Assembly: GCA_040954595.2 (NCBI GenBank)
Contig: CM082596.2
Span: 10,250,461 to 10,314,460, forward strand
Length of the DNA: 64,000 nt
Source: Balanoglossus misakiensis
Taxonomy: Eukaryota; Animalia; Hemichordata
Direction of reading: 5' to 3'
The notes under the pieces were generated by a model, which was given only the letters and a program-made list of their open reading frames with translations, was not told the DNA's origin and searched no databases. Positions 38,471 to 49,434 of this stretch are shown here, in pieces (position 1 is the stretch's first letter; every line of letters begins with the position of its first letter). The position numbers and the translations under genes were made by a program.

Positions 38471-41360
38471 CAATGCAATGATGACAACAACAATTGCTTG
38501 CCTTCAGACACAAATATTTATTGCATATATTATCAGCGAATAAAGGGAAATGGTTTTGAAGTTACAGTTGGCATTTTGCATTTTCGAAATGTCTACTTAT
38601 ATCCCAGGCCACGATACGGAGAAAAAAATAAAAATACACCAGCTGAGCTCCTCACACGTACATAGTCATGTATGGTAAACCTGGCATTCTGTCCATATGG
38701 GACCTACATTTGTAGGCGATTGATCGATGTTGTGTCGAAATCAGGCCAGTAATTAAGTTAAAACTTGGTTAATACGTTACCTTAGGGTGTTATACATTAT
38801 CCAGTAACTGTTTTACTTAAGAATTGCCTTTCAAAAGCTGTTTACCCACGGTAAACGTATCGTTTCACGATCAACGCAACACTTCTGTATTTACAAGTCT
38901 AACATGGAGCCGGAGAGGTCAACGTATACTTCCGGGTCATATCGTCGAACGACATTGATTATTTTTAAGCGGACTGTTACAAAAGCATTTCGAATTAATT
39001 TCTTTTCACGGATGTTCGGACCGATATTAGACCTCTCTGTCAGGAAAGTTTGGTTAACTTCCGAGGTCGTTTTCAATGATTTTTGAAACGTTTGTGGACG
39101 TCTCTTTAGGGGTCACCAACATACCACCGAAAACACGTTAAAAACTTCTACTACTATTAAGGACAGATTTTCATAAAATTTACGTCTGCAGTGAAAAATG
39201 GGAATCACTTTCGTAATTTATCCAGCTAACATGGTTTTTTATTGCACAACAGAGTTGCAGACCAGGATTTAAGTTGCACAGAAATCAACATACATGTGTT
39301 GGTGAGTATCTACAATTTGGAGAGAAAGTAAGATGTATGGGTTTGTACAATGTAAGTGTCTTATACATGTATATTTGACACTGAAATCATATATTGTACA
39401 ATCAGTCATTGGTAAATGTCTGCTATTCATGACACAAATAAAAAAACAGTCAAACCTGTGTGAGTGGCCACCTCTATTAGGCAGCCACCTCTATATAGTG
39501 GCCACTTTATTCTAGTCCCTATGCAATTTACATCTACATTAATTGACTTTTCTACAAGGTATAATTTCTACAAGGTATAATGGCCACCTATCTATAAAGG
39601 CCAGTTTAGAAAAGTCCCTTCACTAGCCACAATAGACACTTGTGTTGATTTCTGTATGTTTTACGTGTAACACAATCAGGACATTTTTCATAAAGAGGGC
39701 AGCCTTCCAAAATAAAGTGTCATCTCAATGCAGACAATGTGAAAAAGGCGGTCAGTAGAGTACTGCTCGAGCTCATCTAGTTTGTTGTATACATGATACA
39801 TGTACAAGTTGTGTGTAAAACTGACCTTACAATAAAATGTGGCTGTCCAAGTACATAAGTTTCAACTATAGTGTTGATACAAAAGACAATCAAGTTTTTA
39901 CTTTGTGACCAACTTGCCTCGTGTTCGTGTCGTGGAAGGGTAACATGACTGCATAGCAATGTTTTATTAAAATTTTGTACATAGAGAAATGGACTACTGG
40001 GAACTATGTAAATGATGCCCTGAGCCTAAAAATTCTGACTGTCTGCAATTATAGTTTTAGCATTTTTGTTCAATTGCACTTTCAAGTACAGTCAAACCCG
40101 TCTAACAACAAAGGGACTGAAGAAATTGTTCAGATTGCAGGTGTCCAATTTAAAGAGGTTCTTTCAACATGTGGTTCTATGTCAAAGGGTTTGAACAATG
40201 TCTTTGAAATAGACATGTTTCCAGATTAGACAGGGTTCGGTTGAGACAGGTTTTACTGTATTTTGATACATGCTCTGGCTTAACCCTTTCACCAACATGG
40301 TTCAGTCTAAACCCTTTATTTTCTATGGTAAGGCTGGATCTTTAAAGAGGAAACTGTTTTTTTTCTGGGAATCTCTTTATTTCTTCTGTCACAAAAATTG
40401 CATGGGAGTTCTAATTCTAAAAGGAAAACTGATTTCATAAAAGATCTCAAAGTCAAGTTTTGGATGTGGCTCCATTTCAAGTATTGTAGGTGACTAGTTT
40501 TCCGGAGTTCAAGTCTTTATACTTGCAGTAGAGTTGGTCACATGTACTTGGGTAATCTGAGTGTGGTCAGAAATTGAACTTACACACATTGAGTTGAGTT
40601 AAGAATATGTCTGGTGTATTACTGTAATATGACTAGATACAGCAAATGCATTAACTATAAGTGTATGTTAAAATACACAGTTTCCATGGACAAATCTGAG
40701 TGATGAAATTAAATACACATGTTCATTAAATCCCACCATGATAGAGCGCCCCCACTGTTCAGAATGTCCATTTTGAAGTCCTACATATATGATGTCATGC
40801 CTAGCTGTCAATGTTAACTGATGTGTACTTGTACTACTAGTAAATGGAAGTACTTTAAAGTAAAGCTCAGATGCAAGGTTTTGTAAAATAAATATAATAT
40901 TAAAACGTTGCCATCATTTTAGCCATTTTGAACAGCGGTCCAATTGACTAATGTGATCACTCTGTATGCGGCATATGGCATATTAAGCATTTAGTATTTT
41001 TCAATCAGAAGCCGTTAATCCTGTGATTAATTCTGCTTCTTGCAGCATTGATTTTAAATCACCACACATGAATAATTTTGTCCAAAGGACTGCGGTGCCC
41101 AAGTGTTTATGATAAGATAAACAAACGGTGAAATTCACTGAAGAAGTGAGCGAGCACTTGCCCATTCATTGTTCAATGAAAGGTGACCACCAAAACAAAA
41201 GTATTGAGAAAATAACCCGAAGTTGGAGTTACTGAGTTTTAAATTGATTTCAAGTGAAAAGCTTGGATTGGCTGAAGCTCCTGTAGTCAGTTACCTGTAG
41301 GTAGATTGACACACATGACAATGTTTGACTGTTTACACTTTTCTTTGTTTGATCTTTCAG

Positions 41361-41607
41361 AGGAATATTCAAGCACTGCAGAAGAATCTAGAGATGGCAC
41401 AGAAAAAAAGAACTTGAATTGAAACAACAGCAAGATCAACATGCCAGACAAAGTCCACTCATAGCACTAAGACAACAACATCAACAACAACAGCAATTAC
41501 AAAGGTTACAACAACAGAGAGCCCAACAACAACAACAACAACAAGCAGTGCAAGCACAGCCATCCAATATACAATCAACAAATCAACAACTAAGTCACCT
41601 CTTACAA
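41361..41607 (+). pseudogene. MED25: MED25-like Q-rich exon with LxxLL (LSHLL)
   Basis: RNIQALQKNLEMAQKK/ELELKQQQ...QQLSHLLQ, +1 A frameshift, flanked by ttcag and gtaagt. Confidence 0.7.
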
Positions 41608-41915
41608 GTAAGTTGTCATAATAATGTGTACAGTGAATATTTTGAAAACCAAGACTGGTACCAGTGGCACTTCTGGGAATTGTTATGTGGGGAAAAATAA
41701 AATCAGTTTTCTCAAAAAGGAGCTTTCTTGATGGTACAAATAACATTGGTCTGTGCCATTCCCAAAATTATTTTAATGTATTGAAGACCTGAAAGTCACA
41801 CAGAATAAATTCAATGCACTATTTGCCCAACATGACAACTTTTCCCCACACAGATTTAGACGTGGTGGGTATGGCCGATTTGCCTCAAATCGGCCATACA
41901 CACCACATCTATTAA

Positions 41916-43413
41916 CACTTTCACTGCGTAGTTAATATATGCTAATGTATTCCTGTGCGTAGTTTCCTATGGTAAATTTAACTAATAAACAATGTTTTAC
42001 TTTACCCTCTCTATCTCTTGTAATATGAAAGTATATGCAATGATATTTCCAGCAAGTATATTTTATAAGACAACCAACATAATAAAACTGAAAAATGGTC
42101 ACATGACCATTAATTGGTCATGTGACACTGGCAGCCATAATGGATTTCTGTCGAAATATGGTAAAAACAACAGATATTGTAATATAAGTGACTGAAATAC
42201 TGTATTTAATTCATTGTATCACAGCTGACAGACAAACATAGTCAAAAACAACTTCCCCCTGTATAAAAGGGAATAACAAGTGACTTTTGAGCAAGAAATT
42301 TGATCAAATTTATTAATGGACCATAAAAACAATTATCAAATCATGCCCACCATTTACATGTATACATGTTTAAAATCTGAGAAAGAAATATAGATTATTA
42401 GTGAAAAGGTGAATGATTGAACTTGTAAATAAATAATAATAATAAAATAAATTAATTAAGTAATTTATTAAATACTCTACGTTTTAATGAATTGCAAGTT
42501 GAAGAAATCAAGGTTGGTAAATATGAATATACACACATTTAAAAAAAATTCATTAGCATAGTACTGTTTTGGCAATTCATTTCAAATGGATATAATACTC
42601 TGACAACATAGACTTCTGGCAAAGTCCCATCAAGATTTGCAAAGAAACCTACGCCTTCATTTAATTCAGTGAAGTAGGCATCTAGCGAAATCTTGACCGT
42701 AAGGGCAACTCATCAATTGCAGGGTTGTCAAAAAATTGTGCGGTGTACATATCAGTTTGCTCTGACAATGACATCAACTCAAACACATCACCAGGAAAGA
42801 ACAGCTGAAAAAAGTCAACCGGTGCAAAGTCATCAGTGTCAACTAATAAACCTTAGCGACGATCGTATACAGACAACCAGTCCGGTGTGTAATTGTCATT
42901 TACGTCATACAAAACCCACCGCGTGTCACCATCAACGTTACGACGTCCGAGAACATGACAAAAACCCTCCCTCTCTCTCTGTCTCTACTCTGTTGTCTCC
43001 GTGTCTGGCTTCTATTTCTGGTTCTATGATGTTGTTGTCCGTAATTTGGCTTCCGCTATCGCTATGATCGCTGTCACTATCCTGAAAGACTTATTCAAGA
43101 ACTTCGTCGGCATCAAACTTTGCCCATGTCGCCATTTTTAAATACCAAGTGAATGAAAAAATATGATCGGGGCGACCTAAAATCAGCTGTTTAAGGAAAC
43201 CCTTTGATGACAAAATCGACTTGATTGTTTACAATACATATGCGCATGCTCAATTAGGGTTGACCCCTGTCCTATATATAGTCATACAAAATGAGTAAAT
43301 AAGCAACGAACATAAAATAGAACAGACCAAGTAACGGACGCGATCTTGGCGCATTTATGCGCCTCCCGCATTCTGACTGCCGGCGCAGAAAATGCCCTCC
43401 CGCAGCGAAAGTG
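41916..43413 (-). mobile_element. Internally deleted piggyBac with a decayed transposase N-terminus
   Basis: TTAA|CACTTTCACTGCG...CGCAGCGAAAGTG|TTAA. Minus-strand remnants at ~43135-42580 read MATWAKFDADEVLE*VFQDSDSD, PVDFFQLFFP...QTDMYTAQFF and MKA*VSLQILMGLCQK. Confidence 0.8.
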
Positions 43414-44562
43414 TTAATATTCATGAGTTTACTTTTCTTGTTTACGTACACTACTATAACAATTGGAAATCTAGAGAATGTCTATTTCATCAAGTTGACA
43501 ACCCCCACATGTGTAAGTCATGTACATAAACAAAAATAGTCTGGTGTGTGGAGCCTCCTCCCTTTTTGAAATACTTTTTTATGCAATCAGTCCAAACTCA
43601 TGATCAGTCCAACCTGTTCAGTTTTAGTGTGGGGAAAAGCTGGAATGAAAGCAGACCTAAATTACAGACAACGAAATACAACAAATCTTGTCTCATTCTT
43701 ATTTTCAATTCCTCTAGTTTTTCCATGGTACCAGTGTGGAAGCACTGATGATAAACTGTGGCAGACAGTTTTAAATGACGACAATCATCTTACTCTTATG
43801 TACATATGCGTTAATTTTGTGTGTACAAAATAACGTCCAATCCAAATATCTGCAAATTTTATGTGCGTGCATTCATATAGTGGACTGCCTTCGCTTCCTT
43901 CTATATTTCTTGCACGCCATATAAGAAGAATTTAGTTTTGACTCTTCTTTTCACTCAATTTGCTGTCTTTTCCTAATCTATGACACAGACTATGGTTGCC
44001 GCCACCTTGTCTGTTGTTAAGACAGCACTTGTGGCATAGATAAAAAAATTATAACTAGAGTCTCTGCTTTGGCAAGTGTGCGTTAGACGATCAATACCCT
44101 TTAACAAAACTCTGCTTAGAATTCAAATCATATTCTTTTCAAAATGTCAGCATCTGATTACATAGTGAATTAAAGCTGCAAGCAGTGTTCACTAGGCCCA
44201 AGCAATTCCCAGGGTTCCTACAGAATGCCAAGGATTATCTGCTGTGGATACCCACAATTTTGTCAAAAAGTTTTGATCCTAAACTGATCTATGTCCTACA
44301 AAATCGAAACTTCTAGATCTATTGGTTAGCCTAGAATTAGGAGTGTACATAATTAATTAGGTCAACGGGGGTCCTGAAACTAACCATCAAATTTTAGACA
44401 CAGCTTAAATCAATTTCCCATTGTACAGTTACTATATGCCGCCCTAAATTTCAGTCTGATTGACAAATGTGAAGAAAATTAAATAGAGATGTCGTCTGAT
44501 ACATTGCCATTTTCTGTGAAGTGACTTTAAAAGAAAACTGTTTTGTTTGTATTCAACTGCAG

Positions 44563-44835
44563 CAGCAACAACAAGCCAGCAGAACACAAGCAACCATTCC
44601 ACCACCAAAACAACAAACAGCAGCAACAAAACAAACATGGCAACAACAACAACAACAGCAGCAGTTATCACAACAACAACAACAACAACAACAGCTGTAA
44701 CTAGGACAACAGCCAAGGCCGCAACCAAAGGTACCTCAGATGGGCTTGGCACCCAGCTTGCAACAAACACAGCAACAATCAAGTAGTACTCTGCTGGCTG
44801 ATGACCGGAGATTTTTTGATATTCTGAATCAATAA
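44563..44835 (+). pseudogene. MED25: MED25-like terminal Q-rich exon
   Basis: QQQQASR...QQQL*LGQQPRPQP...STLLADDRRFFDILNQ*, with an internal TAA at 44698. Confidence 0.7.
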
Positions 44836-45549
44836 ATTTATACAGGAAACTGACTATAATGAACAGGAGACTGTTCATGCCTTTATTACCATTGTAACTT
44901 CTATATACTAAATGAAACACAGATGCCCAAAGAAATGTCAAAAATTTCTCAAGGTATGCGGGAATTTTCAAATATTCCAGACAGTCGAGTGTTGGGGATT
45001 TGGAATATTTATCACTCTCATTTACTGTATACAGACATATCCATTCCAAAGCTATCACCTCCACTCATTCTTCAGTGTTCCTTGATTTAAAAAAAAATAA
45101 TTTCGAAACAGATCAAATAACACGAAATTGTTATTCCAGTGTAGTAACAGAATATACTCGGTCTGCACTAATTCTTGCATTAGCTTTACATTGTTTCCAT
45201 CACAATGCCCTATTTCAATATAACCATATTTGTATGCCGGGCAGATGTAACTAGTTGTCAGTGTCTATTGTAATACAAAGTCTGCCATACACAAAGAACT
45301 GTGCATTGTCTTCTGGTGTGAAAAAAAGATACTTAGGATGTATGTAAAATGGGAAATTTTCATGAGAGATAAATTCGCCCGAATCATGCAAGTGCTAAAA
45401 AAACACGAAAACTAAAAAGTCGCGTAAACATGTTTTTCAGAAATAATGATGAATTGAAATTCGAGAATGCGATAATTAATCGTTGCATAACAGTTGCCAC
45501 ATTTGATATTATGAAAATTTCCCGTTGCGAAAATTTCATGTTTTACAGT

Positions 45550-45921
45550 ATATAGCCATATTTTTTCCACTTCCAAAACTAACATCAAGAGTCATGCATG
45601 CCACTGGCCCAATAAAGCCTGATAGCTCTTGCTGGGAATTGTGATGTAACTAGCATCCCCCTTAAAGTCACTGACATTAACTGAACAATGGCGATTGTGT
45701 GTAAGGTTATAGTAAAGGCAAGGCTAATTTAAATTTAAAATGGTACCAATCCTTAATCACACATATGTATCCTTTGACCAATCATTGGAAAAACAAAGTC
45801 CGTGATTGACTTCAAAGGGATGCTAATTACATCACGATTCCCTGCAAGGGATATTATGCTTTATTTGGCCAGTGGCATGCATAGTTTTTTGAAAGCAAAG
45901 CAGATAAAATACAGCTATATA
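45550..45921. mobile_element. Foldback/MITE-like element with long imperfect inverted arms
   Basis: ATGCATGCCACTGGCCCAATAAAGC...TGTGATGTAACTAGCATCCC is mirrored by GGGATGCTAATTACATCACG...GCTTTATTTGGCCAGTGGCATGCAT. Confidence 0.65.
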
Positions 45922-47954
45922 CTAGACTAATACCTTATTAACTCCTGATCATTGGAGAATGTATCTCTAAAGTTACTCTCTATCGCTCCCTCAGGGAAGA
46001 GAGCAGTAGACAGCTCTTTGAGTGTCAGAACTTCCAGTTGTATACCAATCATTTGTATTACCCAATCACAGACTTTGTGTTATTGGTCATTTATCTATCC
46101 AATTGAAACTCATGTGTTCATTGGAGCATTACACCAAAGAAGTCACACTATAACAGTGACAATACAACACTTGCAAAAACATGGATTGCTCAGGTCAGCC
46201 TATCTGGTTCCAGATTATCTGTGACCCAACTAATGCAGCTATAATGAATGTGTTTGGTTATATACAGAGATTTGTAGATTGTATAAGACGTGTTAATATC
46301 ACACTCTAGCATGGGGCAATGTATATTTATCTTGTGAAAGCCACAAAGTCACTAGCTCTTGATGTTCATTTTCTATTTTTGTTGTTGAATAATTTATTAT
46401 GAAATTAGATTGAAGCTGAACTCACGACATATGTGTGGACATAACACGTTTATACGTCCATGTCATAATTTTTGTTAAAGCCAAACAATTAAATATCACC
46501 ATTATAACAAAATTAACAACAATGTAACCCCGGGGCTGTCACTTTTTTGAATGGATACCGATCCAGAGTTAATGTTTCATTGGAAAGTCTAACAGTGTTT
46601 TGAAATGTCACATTGTAATTTGAAAGTTTGGGCTTGGGCAGTGACAATGACATTGTTTGTGTACACAATTTGAAATGGAGCTCTATGAAAAGAGAAAAGT
46701 GGTGTGTGGAAAAGAATGAAGTCTTTGGGCTTATATCAGGTGCCTTCATTTGACTCTCAAGGAGAGTTTTGTAAAACAATTAACTTGTTGTGTGTCAGCA
46801 TTATTGGGAAAGATTAAGCACACACATGTATACAGGTTAGATTATAATGGAAAATCACCATCAGCCTTTTTTCTTAGCACTCTCACCTTTCACCCCCAGT
46901 TCCCTGTGTAGACATCCAACTTTTCCAACAGAAACAATGGATTTGGACAGAACCATTAGTTCATTTGAATACCGGTATGTATGTAATATGTGTATTTATA
47001 ACATACATCATGCTAACACTGTGTCATGATTCACCAGAATCCGTCACGTGATAAGAAAATAGAATCGACTATGAATCCTCTAGGGAAATAGCGGAAAATA
47101 TATAAACTGGTCACGTGACCAACAGGATATAAAAGAATCCCATGCATATACTTTGTCAGTTCACCTCTGTAGCCAGACTGGCCATACGTATGAACTGATG
47201 ATGTCCCTGTTATAGGCATATGTCTTGTGAAACATATAAACCACTTTGGTGTGTTTTGTGTTTGGTGAACAGCGTGACAAGCATGTTAGAATCAAACTAT
47301 TACATGCATGTTAAGAAATATAGTCTGTTATATGGAAGTGACCATAGTTGCCATATTATTAAAATCACATTTTTAATATCAATATTCACATGTCATTGCT
47401 TTCTACGTTTCTTGAATTTCCTATCATTTTATGTTAACAAAAACAAGAGCCTTCTGTGACAACTTTCGAAAATATTTCATGTAATCAGCCATTCATTTTA
47501 TGTGTGTGTGAATAATGACCCCATGAGGCTGTAGAATCATGTATAGTGCTGAAGGGGACGCCATCCATAGCTTTCATATTGCATAAGATGCTAAGTTGGT
47601 ATTTTCCACATATTGCTTTTTTGTACTGAGAGTTCTGTATGTTACGCAGTCCTTAAGAAGAGCTTTTGACAAACATTTCATGTACTTTCAAGACTGCTAC
47701 AGTATTTAGATATTATATGCAGTATTAGGAAGAAATATCTTTAATATTTTTATTCTAACAATTTTCCCATCATGCTAAACAAGTAGACAGAAATGTCATG
47801 TTAGGATTTTTGCATACATAAAATAAATATTCTGACAAAATAAGTGCTTTTGTCTGTCTCTTTGATTTCAGGTGAGGATCAGTATTTGTTGTTGCTTTTT
47901 CCAGCGTAGATTCCAATCAGAAGACAATTGTGATGAACAGTATGTTCTGTTTGA

Positions 47955-48870
47955 TTGGGACCTTATGAGATTGGTTGCATCTGTATGGATGTATGGGTGT
48001 ATGTCCGTCCACATCAAAAACTTGAAAACCGCTGCGCGTACAACCTCGATATTTTTTGTGTAGATGCATACCGGGCTGTAGATGGGAGTTTGTTCAAACA
48101 AAGTTGTCATTGCCCAAAATATGTAAATTATCAGGGAAAAACCTAAATTTGGTCAAAACTCAGAAAATCAACAACCACTGGTCATAATGATTCTGTATGT
48201 TTTGAGCTAATACTGTGAATTTTCCATTTTTTATGCATATTTTGTCTTTTTCCACATATTTGGTAATAAAACCTACTTTCTGGAATTAATCAGCCCACCG
48301 CTTTGAAATTTAGTATGGAGCTTCATATAGGTGATCTGAGATACTAAAGTTTTGTTTAAATTGCTGCAAAATTTGCATAATTATAATTTTGGAGCAATTT
48401 TTACATTTTTGATCATTTTTTTCCTGTAAAACCGCTCGTAAGATCGCTTTGGAAATTTGCATGCATGTTCAAATCAACTTGAAGAATTCAATAGTATATT
48501 TTTGTGGTGATTTTAACCATTTTTGTTCAAAATTCATTCTCAGAACCCTCTACTCCATTGCTTTCAAATTTGATTTAAAGGTTCCTTCCTGAGTTGTCAT
48601 GATAATTTACAAAACCAATGATGAAAGTGTCAATCTTTTGTGTGGGCAATATCTTGTATTTTGGGGGCATATTTTCCAATTTTGAAAAATTATATTTCCC
48701 AGAAAGTGTAAGGCAGATTACTTTAAAATTTAAGTTAATAGGATTGGCTTATTTAGAATTATAATGGAATCAAATTATAGGTAATTCAAAACTTTTATAT
48801 TTTGTAGGATATTTTGTTTTATCATACATGCAACGCCCGTATTTGGCACTTTCTATTGTTCTCGTCCCGA
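47955..48870 (+). mobile_element. HINE-like element copy
   Basis: Colinear homology to 7320-8195. Confidence 0.65.
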
Positions 48871-49389
48871 AGATATTTTACGGTATTACACTGAGTGCAA
48901 TATATCTTCACTCCGCGTCTCGAACTATTTTTGAGAACGCTCGGCACGACAGTTCGCTGCGCGTGCGAGCGACGTACGGGGCATAGGACGCTAGTGGAGA
49001 GCAGTGTTGTAAAATTCGGTTATTAGAAGCTATAATAATGTTTTCAAAGTTGGCTGTTTTGCCATGTTGAATGTATCATTTTTACTTCTTCGAAATTCTC
49101 AATGCAAAATAATTGTTAACATGATAGTTTGAAAGAGAACGTAGACAATTTTATTTTGAATGCGGATGTGCCCATCGTAGTGAAAGCTGCCAACCCCCTT
49201 AAAATGATACTACGGCCCACACGTCATACGTCACAACATGGCTACTGCCGTGATCCCAGGGCGCCTGTTCAAATTTGAAATTGTTTTTCTCGGCGCATTT
49301 TCGCAAATCGTACTGTTTTATAGGTAGGCATGTATGATAAAGGGGTTATTACACGAATTTTGGTCGATAACGCGACGCATTCTCGTGAT

Positions 49390-49434
49390 GTCCGTATTTT
49401 GATGAGTTGCAAAGCAACGAGTCAAAATACGGAC
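49390..49434 (+). other. G.A-mismatch hairpin near the end of a CpG-rich repeat
   Basis: GTCCGTATTTTGA-T-GA-GTTGC-AAA-GCAAC-GA-G-TCAAAATACGGAC. Confidence 0.7.

Larger units (their letters stand above)
31180..39301 (+). pseudogene. Cassette of calcium-binding EGF-like exons (fibrillin/fibulin-type repeats), partly duplicated and decayed
   Basis: Phase 1-1 exons: 31180-31298 (4-bp deletion), 32917-33033 (DVNECMERADLCEGQCVNTAGSFYCTCVVGY*), 34242-34364 (DVNNECSDSVCAGGCLNAEGGFSCNCGDDGFSLSADHVNC), 34789-34893 (CQQACYNTPTSYQCGCRPGF, TAA), 36366-36488 (DMNECHSGGNACQHYCQNTHGSYCCACRQGF). Truncated copies at 38090-38125 and ~39253-39301. Confidence 0.85.
9332..44835 (+). pseudogene. MED25: MED25-like (Mediator subunit 25) multi-exon pseudogene
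   Basis: GT-AG exons: 9332-9430 (GAGEKYGMISEGLSTALQLFDDMKRLR), 11513-11632 (KHCILI/NSPPYPLP...YSGFTVEQLAAMLGE), 23181-23334 (RGVHFSIISPRKLPELQKL...DYAADPHHMILLKGYQL). These match the recalled MED25 VWA motifs AEGLSTALQLFDD, CNSPPY and GIHFSIVSPRKLP. Further exons: 25751-26421, 27111-27372, 27808-27991, 29861-30012, 41361-41607 (Q-rich, LSHLLQ) and 44563-44835 (Q-rich, ends LLADDRRFFDILNQ*). Lesions: TAG 11523, a 1-bp deletion ~11543, TGA ~27158, +1 A ~41405, TAA 44698 and an exonic MITE. Confidence 0.88.

Noticed and set aside
31180-41607. Functional MED25-EGF fusion protein
   Set aside because: Exon phases are incompatible and both parts contain stops and frameshifts.
44444-45064. 206-aa hydrophobic minus-strand ORF and the Thr-rich mucin-like ORF at 44547-44786
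   Set aside because: Antisense and alternate frames of the CAA/CAG-rich poly-Q terminal exon.
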